Origin: Schizochytrium sp. TIO01
Lineage: Eukaryota > Protista > Bigyra: Labyrinthulomycetes
Assembly (NCBI GenBank): GCA_004764695.1
Contig: SMSO01000004.1
Span: 992,001 to 1,056,000 of the forward strand
Direction: 5' to 3'
DNA length: 64,000 nucleotides
A model generated the notes under the pieces. The model had not been told where the DNA came from. It did not search any database and saw only the letters and a program-made list of their open reading frames with translations. A program made the position numbers and the translations under genes. Of this stretch, positions 48,397 to 60,867 are shown piece by piece (positions within the stretch are counted from its first letter, which is position 1; each line of letters starts with the position of its first letter).

Positions 48397-49819
48397 ATGT
48401 GGTAGCTGGCTAGCCAGCTAGCTACCTATGCACCTAAGGTTTTATAATTGGCATGTGATTATACCCTCATTCATACAAACAGACGGCGCCAGATGTCTCT
48501 AACTCTGAAGTCTCGATCACAGATAGCTGAAGAGCTGCATCAAAACATGTGTACCTTCTCGTGAATCTGCACGAGCAGTCAGCGCCTTCAGCTCAAGTCT
48601 CATGAATCCGACGAGCCCGTCTTCGCTTGAGATTCTGGCCTTATTGCGCGAAAGCAGGTAACTTGAAGAAACCAATAAATCGTCGGAGAAGCCTTTTGTG
48701 CGCTCTGGTGAACAAATAGAGGGACCAATCAATGGTTCTCTACCTTCGAACTCGCAGCAGATGAGAACCGACCTCAATCTGGATCAGGCGATAACAATCA
48801 TACCATCCATTCTGAAAACCAGCATATATTTTACAAAATCTTGGTTTTGACTGCAGCGCGTTTCCTCAGCTATTCTATAGGTACCTACTTGTTTACCTTG
48901 CTGCTATTACTCTCTATATTGAAAGGTGACTTTCTTTGATCTCTCTTTCTGATTGCAGTCGTTATCTATCTACCTATCTACTCGTATCCCCTCTTTGGTG
49001 TGTTTCACTGCCGTCGCTAAGATCTTCGCGATTTCCTGAGATGGGATAGTTTTTCGAGAATTCAATTGCCATTGATCGAAGACTCTCGCAAAGCCATACG
49101 CGGAGTAGAGATGACTGACTTTCGTCACGATTATTTGTTGTTTTCTTGGGGCCGATTCTTCGGGCGTCGTACTTTTGCCTACTATACTATGCAGTCTTTC
49201 ACAATCAATTTCGTGAAACCAAAAATTTTATTCAAACCAAAAAAAGTCAAAATTAAAAAACACATTTTGAAAACAAACAAAAGAATAGCGAAAAACACTT
49301 TTCCTTGGTAAAGAGAAACTCTTTTCTCGTATTTCAAAATGATTCGGCTATGATATGTAGTAAGTACCTTGTAATTGTAATTTTGAAAATTAAAACTAAA
49401 AAGAGTACTGCCTATCTATCGAAGTTCTTCTGAGGGGTGGGTGTCCTAAGTGCGCGAGTTAATCTAAACACTACCCCTCCCCCGCGCCGCGTCCGTCTAT
49501 TTTGGAGCCCTCCAACAGAAGCGAAGAAAGCGATTACTCAATCTCTGCGTTCGCTCGAATGAATGCCTTTTCAAGTTCAGATTGCCAAGATCGTGATGGA
49601 GGAGGACTTTCCCTGAGCAAAGCTGCTCAAGCATTCATGAAAACGCGCACGAGAGTCTCTGTAACAGCATTTCGTACTTTTCATGCTTCCTCACGAGCGA
49701 GTTTCTTCATCTCCTGACAGTATCTGAAGGTGTTCTCTCTGCTTGGTTGCAAGGAAAGAAAGCTTGACTATATTTCTTAGCTAGGCTGTTTGTTTCTTTA
49801 GTCATTTGTTTAGTTATTA

Positions 49820-49875
49820 TTCATTCATTCATTCATTCATTCATTCATTCATTCATTCATTCATTCATTCATTCA
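49820..49875. repeat. (TTCA)n microsatellite
   Basis: Directly visible. Confidence 0.95.
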
Positions 49876-51208
49876 TTTTTTTAAAACTAAAAGAACATTT
49901 TTGAAAAAAGTGAATAGAATAGAAGACCAATACGAAATTGAAGTGACCAAATTAAATCAGATCAAATCAAAAACCAGATCAAATCAAATCAAATCGAATT
50001 AGATCATAGTAATGTAAAGAAAGTTGAAACAATTTTAGGCAATCCAAAGCAAAATGCAAGCAAAACCAAAGCAAGTCAATTCAAGTTAAACTAACTCGAG
50101 CCTTTTTGCGGTTTACTGCTGTTTGCTGTCGCTAATCTACATCGTCGAAGGTATACCATATTATATAGATAGACACTACCTACTAGTAGTTTAGAACTCA
50201 ATCTCGACATTGGAATTACTTTATTATTTTCCTTCTATCTATATTTTCTTAATTCTATCGAAACTCACCGTACTTCTGGATGGGAGAGTGTTTGGGCGAT
50301 TACAATGGGCCCTGACTACCCTTCCATTGACCCCTTCAATGATACCTTCGACGTTTACTTATCTCCACAGAGGGTGGAACTCGAGGAAGCTGAGCAAACT
50401 TTTATTCTCTCTCTAGAGCTCTAGCTAGGGATGATGAAACGTGTGACTTACCCATCCTGAAAGAGCAGCATAGTGAGAGTGATGGAGTTGATGGGAAATA
50501 ATGCAAAGAACCTTACGGGTCCCTTGGTTTGGCGAACTCGATCCTTCAGGCCCCGACTCTGCATCAGAGCCCCTGCGCAGCTTCAGTGGAGTATCCTCAC
50601 AGGGGTTCCAGCTGTGGTGGTATTTTCACGTTGCTCCAGACAAGCCTTTGAGTCTACTCCACTGAGGTAGATACTCGCCCATGGTCTCATATCCTTCAAT
50701 TAGCTGTTCCCGAGAGCGAGGCAAAGTTTCCCGCAGTTCCTCGTGCCCTTGTTTCTTCCTTTGCGCCTTTCTCAGAACTCGCACTCCTATCCAAACCGGT
50801 AGAAACGCAGTTAGGATTCGAGGGTTTGAAACTTCCTTCGAACGAAAGTGGTAGCATTCCAAATTTTGAAATTCAATTAGTTTTGAAATTGTCCTGTTTT
50901 TTTCAAGTTGGTTTTTCTTTCCAGCTGTATAGTGAGTACACCTTTGAGTTACATTTCTATTCCTCTTTTATAGATAGATGTATTTTCGAAAAGGGAACGA
51001 ACTGATGATTAGCCAGGAGGTATCTACTTCAAGGTTTGCTTTCCTGAGGACTGGAGCTTCCCGAATCGCCAGAGCAAACGCAAAGCCCCCTTTGGAGGCA
51101 GAGAAGCGAAGGAAGCTCACGATATCTGGCCTCCTTTTCCCTGCTTTCTTTCCTCAAGTAGTTCTCGCTTCTTTCTCTCCCTTGTTTGCTTCTTTTTGCT
51201 CCTATTCG

Positions 51209-51318
<110 letters not shown>

Positions 51319-52589
51319 ACTCGACTCATTTGGTCAAATATGATACATACAACATCAGTGAAATAAGTAGAGAAACAGTGAATGAATGAGAGAAACGACG
51401 ATCGATTCTGCTTCAGGCTTCTCGGACATTCGTTGCGCCTTCTCTCGTGCTCTCAGAGAAGTTCCTCTCTTCGCCGCGACTTCGTCCCTTCTCTGTTCTG
51501 TCGAGGGTTTCGAAAGCCAGAAAAGGAAAAAGATGGAGAGAAGCAGGAGGAAGAGCTGTTGTTTTCAAGTCCTCCTTTGACCTTAAGAAGCTGAGGAGAA
51601 AGAAAGTTCAAAGTAAAAGCCTGTTTCAAAGAATTCGTTTCGTCAAGTTAGTTAGCCATGTATAATAAGGGAAAAGAAAAGGTCAGTCAGTCACAACGAA
51701 GGGGAGAAAGCGAGGAAGAAAAGAAGCGCCGGGGACTACTCCAATACTTCCTTCTTCCCTCCTACCATAAAGTGTAGGAGTAGCGCTGCGTACTAGCGTG
51801 GTCGGAGAAACTAAACGAGGCAGGTTTAGAGTTTTTCCGCCTCTCAGTCGCGCCTGCCTTTGTCCACTCTCAATATATCTCCCCTAATTTCCATTGGAGC
51901 ACTTTATTTTAACTTTGCTTAATAAGTGAAAAAGTGGTTTTGAATTTTGAATTTAAAAGAAAAAAGGGAAATGGAAATGGCTTTTTAAAATAAACATAGC
52001 CAAGGTGAAAACAGTGTCTTCCACAGAAGAAGAGAGACCTCGATCGCTCGATCCTCGGGAAGAGAAAGAAAGCCTTCCTCCTTCGCAGGCCGTGAGACCC
52101 TGCCATGAAGGCGGCGCAGACCTGAGCCAACGGCGCCTGCGATCTCTTTGGGAGGCGTTCGCAGCGGCCTTTGGATGTCTCGTGCTGCGAGAACCGAGGT
52201 ATTCCAAAATATCTGCAATTTCAAGCAATCAAGACTCTGCCTGCTTTCACTTAATTCTTCTTAATGCGTACACAAACAATACTTTGCAGAATAATAATAA
52301 ATAAATTGAAAAGTACATGTTCCTACTACTTTCCCCTACGGATTGTGCCTACACCTAAACCTTTGATCTTCAATCTTCAAATTTCTGCCGGCATTTACAT
52401 ACGGTATTGCTTGTTTGCAATTCCACCGTGTTCAGAAGCAGAGCAAAAAGGCTCTCATGAGAGTTGATGCGAAAGTTTCAACAGTTCGCTCCTCGAATGA
52501 CAAAAAAGGAAAACAAACAGACAACTTGAAACAAACACACTCCAAAAAAACAAACAAACAAACAAACAATTTCAAACAAACAATTTCAA

Positions 52590-52716
52590 ATAAACAAACA
52601 AACAAACAAACAAACAAACAAACAAACAAACAAACAAACAAACAAACAAACAAATAAACAAACAAACAAACAAACAAACAAACAAACAAACAAACAAACA
52701 AACAAACAAAACAAAC
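52590..52716. repeat. (AAAC)n microsatellite
   Basis: Directly visible. Confidence 0.97.
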
Positions 52717-53166
52717 AGTTTAGCCTATAAAATAAAAACTTGAGTGCTTGGAGAGAGTCAACAAACACAATAAATCAATAAATGAATAAATAAATACATT
52801 AATAAATACATTAATACATTAATAAATACATAATACAGAAATAGAAACGAGGAGTGCCTCGAATTAGCCAACAATAGGGGCATAGAGAGGAATAGAGAGA
52901 ACACTACGGTAAGGAGAGGGAGGAAAAAGCAGCTGCGAGCAGAGAAACAAAGGCCGAAGAGGCACGGCGCAGCAGCGAAGGAGCAGCGGCGACGAAGAAG
53001 AAGAAGAAGAAGAAGAAGAAGAAGAAGAAGAAGAGGAGGAGCGGCAGGGGACGCTGAGGAGCACCGCGGCGCTGCTCCCCGCGGGCTGGAGGACCCGCCC
53101 GGGCGCTGCGGCGAAGGCCTAGCGAGCGAGCTGGCGAGGAAACGAGCGAGCGAGCTCCTCGATCGC

Positions 53167-53226
53167 TCTCTCTCTCTCTCTTTCTTTGTTTCTTTCTTCT
53201 TTCTTCAATTGTTTATTTTCTTTCTC

Positions 53227-53282
<56 letters not shown>

Positions 53283-53420
53283 TCGGATTGATTGATCGAT
53301 TGATTGATCGATTGATCGATTGATTGATTGATTGATTGATTGTTTGTTTGTTTGTTTGTTTGTTTGTTTGTTTGTTTTTTATTTGTCTGTCTCGTTCTTT
53401 CTTTCTTTCTTTCTTTCTTT
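53167..53420. repeat. Compound microsatellite (CT)n-(TTTC)n-(TTGA/TCGA)n-(TTTG)n-(TTTC)n
   Basis: Directly visible run of abutting di- and tetranucleotide arrays. Confidence 0.92.
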
Positions 53421-54471
53421 CCTGCTTTCTCGTATTGTTTTTTCTTCTTTCTTTTCTGCTTAGTTTGCTTCTCTCCTGTCTGTCTGTATATCTATCTATA
53501 TATCTATATCTATATATCGGAGCAAGAGAAACAAGCGAGCAGGGAAAGCAATCGGACCTGGCTATCCGGAGCGGAGAGACCACGCACGCAGTGTCTGCCT
53601 GGCTCGCGTCCCCTCCAGCCGCGCCCCCGCCTCGCTCCCTGCCTCTGCCATATCGCCTGCTCCTGGCTGCGGCGCTGGCTGTTCCTCGTGCTATCCTACT
53701 CACTCACTCAATCACTCAGTCCCTGTTGGTTTATTCTTTACCTTTGTCACTTTCAGGGATAGCCGCGTGTACAAAAGGACGAGCGCACAAGTCCGGGAAA
53801 GAAGCAGTCTGCGGAAGGAGCTGGCCAAGATCAAGGAGCGCGCTCTCCCGCGACTTGATATTGACAAACAAACACAAACGAACCCAGGTTCTCCGCAAGT
53901 TTCCTCGCCAACTCTGGCGAGCTCCTGGTGAATTTTTCTTATATCTATTTGGCGTATTTGACGTCTTGCAAGCAAGCAAGCAAGCAAGCAAGCGAACAAG
54001 CAAGCAAGCAAACTGGTTTGGGCAATCAATACAGGGTGCCTGCACCTTCTAATTCTCCGCCAACCCTCTTTGTCCCTCTCGTGCGTACCCGATAAACGAG
54101 ACAAAAGCATTAAATAGTACACGGCTGTGTGTCCCCTCGCGAATATCTTGAGCCGGATCAAGTTCGCGACTCTTTGATAGCTTGCTTCTTCGCGGATAGA
54201 AAAGCGCCACGCACAAGCCTTTTACATTTTTGCCTCCCAAGGTGCCACAATCGTAGCACCCGTGAGAGTATCTTTATTTGCACAGAGAATCAGAAAGCGG
54301 AGGAATTCTCTCTCTGGTCCAAACCCGTGCCAAGCCTCGGACGTAATAGACACACATAGCTTCGCATCTCTGTTAAACCGAGCAGCATCGGCGAGCTTTC
54401 ATACTTACAGCACATCCTCGCAATAGCAATCTGTAGCGAGTACTTCTTTAAAGTCTACGTCTTCGCGGTTC

Positions 54472-56955
54472 ATGTCCAATACCTTTATTGCACCATCCCT
54501 CATGCCGCGTGTAAAAGACGAGGATGATGGGGTGTTTAGCCCAGCAAATATGGCAGCAGATAGCTCATCCTTCGCAAGCCCAGACATGTCACACAGACCC
54601 AATATGCGGAGACCTGCTCATAAGCGACATGTTAGCGGGTTCTCTCTGACAGGAGGCAATGCCGAGGACATTGACCCATTGGAACTCGCACATCGCACGA
54701 ACCTTGCCACACACGATCCAAGCCAGCTCAAACGCACCAAATCTATGGGGATGGAAGAACTTGAAGGCGATATTCGTGGGGGTCGCTTGTCTGAGAATGA
54801 TGACGATGATAACGACCCCTCCCTCGACGACATTGACAACCTCTCGCAACGTCTGGCGTCGCGTCGAGTCAGTATTTCTAGTACACCAGGGGATAACGAT
54901 ATCGCACAGCTCGTTGGATTCGCAGTTGGCCCTCCGTCTTCATCCACGTCATCAACATCAGCATCGGCAGCGCCATCAAGCCCGATCTGGGGAGGGGCGC
55001 CTGCTGTGCCTGGAGACATGCACTTCGGGGTCCCTGACAGTAATCCCAACAAAGTTAGCCGAAAGAACGAGGACGAGGCGATCCGACTTCACAGCAACTT
55101 AGGTGCGAATAGTAGCAGCACGCATCATCACCACAACAACCAAAGTCCAGGTGGAATTGACGATGATGATGACGATGACATGGATAACGATAACGAAAAT
55201 GACGATGAAGACGAGGGAAATGGCTCGACAGAAATGGACGGCTGGCACCTTGAGGAGGACAGCAAACTCAAGCAGCTGGTGGACAAGTTTGGCAAAGAGT
55301 GGAAACCCATCGCAGAGCGCATGGATGTTCCAGAACACACGACCCGCCGGTCAGAGAATGACTGCAAAGATCGTTGGGAACAACTTACAAAGGCGCCTTA
55401 CAAGAAGGGGACATGGACTTCGGAAGAGGACGCACGCCTGCGTAGACTCATTGAGAATGTTGAGAAACGCAACTGGGGCGAGGTTGCATCTTTGATTCCT
55501 GGACGCAGCGCCAAGCAATGCCGTGAACGGTGGTGCTACAATCTTGACCCAACGATCAACAAAACTCCCTGGAAGCCTGAGGAAGATAGCATCCTCATGA
55601 AGTCCCAGCTTGATCTGGGAAACAAGTGGGCCAAAATTGCGTCCATGCTTCCTGGCCGTACGGAAAACGCAGTGAAGACACGATTCAAGTCCATCATGCG
55701 CGCCAAGAAGCGCGAATGGATGCCTGATGAAGATGAAACCATCATGCGCCTTCACCAGCAATTAGGAAGCCGCTGGGACGCGATTGCCGAGAAACTGCCG
55801 AATCGTAGCAAGAATGCAATTAAAACACGCTACCGTGCACTTTCTAAAGGCATTACTTCGCAGCTGCCCCAAACGGGTGCGCCGAACCAGATTCTTCGTC
55901 GACCAGAATTTCGGGGTACTATGACTTCCACCTCGTCATCCTCATCATCAACAGGAGGAGCTGCATCGTCATCGTTTGGCCAGTTCACTGGAAGTGCGTC
56001 GGGAGACATGTCTCGTAAAATCAGCCCACAAGGCTTTGCTGCTGCACCGGCTTCTGAGCCCCACAAAAATCATGCTGCGGCAGATGATATCTTTAGTAAC
56101 TTTCACGATGATAAGTCTAAACACCTTGGGGGCGGGGCCTTCGCAGCACCCCCCAAGATGATGGGTTCTCAAAATAAGCCTCCGATGCCTCCTCATATGA
56201 AGCCCAAGATTCATCGTGACCCTTCCACTGATTTCCTCAACGGCATTCAGCGCCAGGCCGCTGCAGGTGACTTCAATGCTCCTTTTGATACTTCGTCGCT
56301 TGATCTCTTTAGTGGAAAGTCCTCTACACCAGGACCCAACTCCTATGGGTTTGCGAACAACACTAACAACCATCATGAGTTTCCTCCCTCTAGCGTTGAG
56401 CATCATGAGCATCAACCAACCTCCTCGATCTTGGGTAATTTCACAGATTCTCATGGAAGCTTTGAGGATATTCTTGGTGGGAAGTTGCACTCGAAGAGCC
56501 GCTTCTCCTCAGGATGGAGTTACGCCAGTGGAAGCCATCCTGATCTTCTAAGTCTTCACCACAGTGATTCTCGTGGACAACTGGCGGGAACAGGGTTTGG
56601 CTCTGGGTCAGGCGCTATGCAAGGCCTTGACCGCGCCGGGCTCAGCGGTTCAGGCTTTCGTACCGTGCAAGAAGTTGAGGAAACCTTCATGCATGATGAT
56701 GACGTCCCATTACAAGACGACGAGCTTGTGGACTTTCTCAACATGTGGGACCAGTCAGCACCACCTGCTGGCGCCCCGCTTATGTCTGCCCACTCTCACA
56801 ATAGCTCCAACAATTTGAACTATGGCAATAATAACAACATGCAATACCCACCACAGCAACATCAACAGCAACAGCAACATCAACATCAACAAAATCACCC
56901 GCCTCATCATCACCAACCTCAGCATCAACAACATCAGCAACGGCGGCCAATGTAG
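54472..56955 (+). CDS. Myb-family transcription factor with four tandem Myb repeats (827 aa)
   Basis: Four repeats: WHLEED..EWKPIA..DCKDRW; WTSEED..NWGEVASLIPGRSAKQCRERW; WKPEED..GNKWAKIASMLPGRTENAVKTRF; WMPDED..GSRWDAIAEKLPNRSKNAIKTRY. Acidic tract upstream, and a Q/H/N-rich C-terminal tail. Confidence 0.93.
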   Translation: MSNTFIAPSLMPRVKDEDDGVFSPANMAADSSSFASPDMSHRPNMRRPAHKRHVSGFSLTGGNAEDIDPLELAHRTNLATHDPSQLKRTKSMGMEELEGDIRGGRLSENDDDDNDPSLDDIDNLSQRLASRRVSISSTPGDNDIAQLVGFAVGPPSSSTSSTSASAAPSSPIWGGAPAVPGDMHFGVPDSNPNKVSRKNEDEAIRLHSNLGANSSSTHHHHNNQSPGGIDDDDDDDMDNDNENDDEDEGNGSTEMDGWHLEEDSKLKQLVDKFGKEWKPIAERMDVPEHTTRRSENDCKDRWEQLTKAPYKKGTWTSEEDARLRRLIENVEKRNWGEVASLIPGRSAKQCRERWCYNLDPTINKTPWKPEEDSILMKSQLDLGNKWAKIASMLPGRTENAVKTRFKSIMRAKKREWMPDEDETIMRLHQQLGSRWDAIAEKLPNRSKNAIKTRYRALSKGITSQLPQTGAPNQILRRPEFRGTMTSTSSSSSSTGGAASSSFGQFTGSASGDMSRKISPQGFAAAPASEPHKNHAAADDIFSNFHDDKSKHLGGGAFAAPPKMMGSQNKPPMPPHMKPKIHRDPSTDFLNGIQRQAAAGDFNAPFDTSSLDLFSGKSSTPGPNSYGFANNTNNHHEFPPSSVEHHEHQPTSSILGNFTDSHGSFEDILGGKLHSKSRFSSGWSYASGSHPDLLSLHHSDSRGQLAGTGFGSGSGAMQGLDRAGLSGSGFRTVQEVEETFMHDDDVPLQDDELVDFLNMWDQSAPPAGAPLMSAHSHNSSNNLNYGNNNNMQYPPQQHQQQQQHQHQQNHPPHHHQPQHQQHQQRRPM

Positions 56956-59900
56956 CTAGCTGTATAGCGTTTACTACTAATTATGATCTTTTTTTTATTT
57001 CAACTATAAATATTATGTTTTAAATTAAACTACCTAGCTAGATGTTCCCAACGTACCCACTTTTGCAAACACCTACTTCTCAACCAACCAACTAAGTTTT
57101 CCCATCTTTTTGGACCTTCGTTTCATATTTTGTGCCCATCGAGGGTCTGTCGCCCGCTCCAACAAACAGTCGGTCTCTAGCAAGAGCGTGACTAAGAATT
57201 AATTTGTTTACCCCACCATGTTTTGACACTCCCTCCCTCATTCCAAAATAATCTTTATATGAAAAGTTCTCTAAATAAAAATCGTAAGTATAAACTAGAT
57301 TCTATTTTTAACCCTACCATTTTTAATGCTTTTGATACAATGGCTAGTTTTTATACTCCTTTCTCTAAAAAAGTAGTCTCCCTCCCCTCGGCAGGGGCCC
57401 TTGCCGGTTTCTCACTAGCATTGTCGTGAACGACAAAGCCTCGAAGAGAAAGATAAGACACAAACGAAGGCAGAATCCGTGCATGCGTCCATTGCATTTC
57501 CTTCCTTGCGGCGTCTGGTAGGATTCGAGATTTTTCTCTGCGTTTGATTCGATGGATGTACCCCATCTAAATAAAAGACGGCTCATGTCCACGACTCCTT
57601 CGACGACGGCTTTCGATGGGGTGCAAAAATCGCAATGAAGAGCGGCACGTTGCCCGTTCTGAGGAGTGCCACAATTGCAAAAGAGATGGCGAGATGCAGC
57701 CCGCTTCGGCTTGTGCACCCGAACGATCAGTCCATAACCTGACATTGCAATGCGCTGCACTGCACTGCACTGTGCTGCACTGAAAACTGTCCTGCGTCTC
57801 CTTCAATCACACGTCGTCGTTGCCACCAGCACTGCACAAGCGAGGTTTGCTTCGTTCCCTACGGACCTTGAAGCTCGTTCCAGCATCCTCTCCTTCGATT
57901 CCGTTGAAGGCTTTCGAGTTAGTTGGTTCTCTGCGAGCTCTTGAAGAAAAGTCCACGAGCTGCTCTGCGCAAAGCTCCGTCCACCTGTGCGGAAGCTTCG
58001 ATCGAAGTCTGCGTGGACAAGCAAGCAAGCAAGCAAGCAAGCTCGTCCTCGCCGCGATTGGACCCTCGCTGGCCAAGCCATTGCCAGCGCATTTGCAGTG
58101 ACGTCCTTCGTGGCGCTTCTCTTTAAGACCTCCAACGTAAGCAGAAGAATCTGCAGATCCAGAGACCTTAGAGAATGAGTGCTCTCCGTTGAGTTACGCA
58201 GATGCCCATGCTGGCACGAACGACGAATAGACAAGCAGGCAAACAGGCAAACAGACGCACGCCCAAGAGCCGACCTCTTCTTCTTGGACGTCTGAGAGTC
58301 CAATGTCGCCTGGAGAAGGGATTATTGCTCTGGAGAAATAGACATTATCTTCAACTGCAGAAATATCCTCAGAACCATTTGCCGCAATTCCCAACTCGAC
58401 TCGACTTCCTGGACTCTTCGCAAGCCCCCGCGCGGATCTTACCAGAACGCGCGTATTATGATCACTCTTCGCGCGCTTTTCCGCGGGATCTTGTGCAGGC
58501 GACCCTTCTTACACGAACCAGAGTCTTTACACAGGGTTTTCCCCATGAACGCTTTCGCGTCGGGTATTATCGAGCCCAGTCAAGGCCGATTCCTCGTACG
58601 CGAGAAGCCCCTCACAAGCCTTTGCTTCCTTCTCTTCCTTTCTCCCCTCTGCTTCCACTGAGCCGCCTGCCCCCTCACAGCCCCCGCACGTCCTCCCTCT
58701 CATCCCGTCTTCCCCGTTGGCCCACTTCCTCTCCTCCTCCCATACCTACTCCACTTTTCGAAAGACCCCCTCCCGGACCAAAACACAGTGGCGCGCCTGC
58801 CCTGTGTCCCGCCCGCCGGCCGTTGCTGTCTCCACTAGCTAGAGCGAAACCGGGACACCAGAACTGCAGAACAGAACGCTCCAGAACAGAACGCGCAACT
58901 GGCAATAGCAGAGCAGAAAAGAAGAACGGCCAAACGAGAGATAGATAGATAGAAAGAACGAACGAAAGAAAGACAGAAAGAACGAAAAATCAGATCAGAG
59001 AAGATCAGAGAAGAGAAAAGGTAATTTAGTTCACTCTTTCATTCACTCTTTCTTTCATTCATTCTTTCTTTCATTTATTCACTCACTCACTCACGCACAT
59101 TCATTCCTATTCAAGTCATCATCATTCATTCATTCATTCATTAATTAACTAACTAACCAACTAACTAGCTAACTGCGCCGTCGGCTGCCCAGCTAGGCGG
59201 CCCCTACCCGATTCCCTAGCGCTCGGTGCGTGCGTTTTACGGGAGTTCTTCATCGCAGACCTCGAACTCAGAACTCAGAACTCGAACTCAGAACCCAGGA
59301 CTCAGGACTCAGGGACGCCTTGGCTGCAGCGACGAAGGTCGCGATCACGCGGCGGCGCACTGTTTATTCCTGGCCTCTTCGCAGCGGCTTCCAGCTCTCT
59401 CTCCGCGAGGCGCCGCGAACCACCAGAAGGCGTCGAGCTTTGCAACGGGCCGTCGGACAGAGGCGAGGTTTGTGGCCTCGAAATTCTCGCGGCGGGGGGT
59501 TCCGCCAGGGTGCCGCGAGGGTTCCTCCCTTGGAGGGGCAGAGGCGGAGTAGCGGCGGCGCAGCGGCGGGCGGTAGGTAGGAGTCTGGTACACTGTAGTA
59601 GGGGTATTACGCGGTAGCGGGGGAGGAGGGCGGCACTAGGGTGGTCTAGGGATAAGGGTAGGGGGCTGCTACCTGCGTAAGGAAGAGGTCGAACTACCGA
59701 TTGCAAGGCAGAGCTGGAAGCAATTGCGGAGGGAGGCGCCTGAGCGAGTCTCGCCGGACTCCGTTCTGGAGGAGGTTGCCGTGAGTGAGACCTTTGGTGC
59801 CACAGCTGTGCTTAGTTAGTTACTTAGTTGCTTGCTGAGTTAGTTGTTTGCAGGAATCAGCAGACTCAGGAGCGAGAGCTCAGGAACGTACACAGATAAA

Positions 59901-60867
59901 GAAGCCAAGAACGATCAACGCGGTGGGTCGTTGACAGAGGAGAAGGAGTAAGGGGGTTTGTTTGGCTTGGTTTTGGATTGATTTGGAGAAGAAACGACAC
60001 GTGGGACTGTGGAGACTGGAGCTGGTCTGGTCTGGTCTGGTCTGGTCTTGGTTTTGCTTGCATATTGATTGGGGCGTTTTTACGAAGTACCTGCGGGCTG
60101 GGGTGAGCAGCACGCATTCGCGAGGGCTGATATACATTGCACGCATACGATTGGCAGAAGGTCGTTGCGGATTCTTTGGGGGAGTGTAGCTGGGTTGCGC
60201 GATTTCTCCTTGGGCCTGTGCTTGCGAAAGCTGTACCAGTGCAACCTAGCTTTTTGCAGGCAGCGTGCGTGAGTGCGTGTTTGGGCCGTTCATCTTCAAG
60301 TCGCGCTGGTTGATTGATTGCATAGTTCACTACGGTGCCAGTAGCGCCAATAGCCATACTAGGCGCTCAATAGGACACGGGCAATCAGTGCATTAAAGTA
60401 AAGTGTTCGCGAGCCATAGGTGCAAGTTTTCAAGACAAGCTGCGAACACCCTCGTGGCGAGAAGATTGTAGCTCATTTTTGTGCTCGGCATCTGACGCAA
60501 GAAACCTTCGACGCCACAACTAAGAGCTAGTTTCTCGCGGCATAAAGGTGCCCGCAACTGAATAATCAATCGCCAAGGTGGATCCCAACTCAAGACCTCG
60601 GCTAGCTACTACGACTACTAGGGTTTGCAGTAGGGTAGACCTTATTTAAGTACTTCCATTAGTTCGACTCCTAGCACCTTTCTTCCGGGTTGGGTTGCTC
60701 ACTCCTTACTGAGAGTAGATTCTAGGTACTACCCAAAGCATCTAACTAGGTATCAGCAGAATCATACAAAAGAAAGTCAAAAGTAGGTAGCAGATAGACA
60801 AAAGCAGGTAGCACGGGGGCACCTAGTTGTATTGTAAAGGGGATTAGTCAAAGAGATTCATTCAGGC

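Noticed and set aside
58202-58948. 248-aa ORF between Myb and HAL
   Set aside because: Low-complexity Pro/Arg/Ser translation of C-skewed and repeat sequence, with no domain signal.
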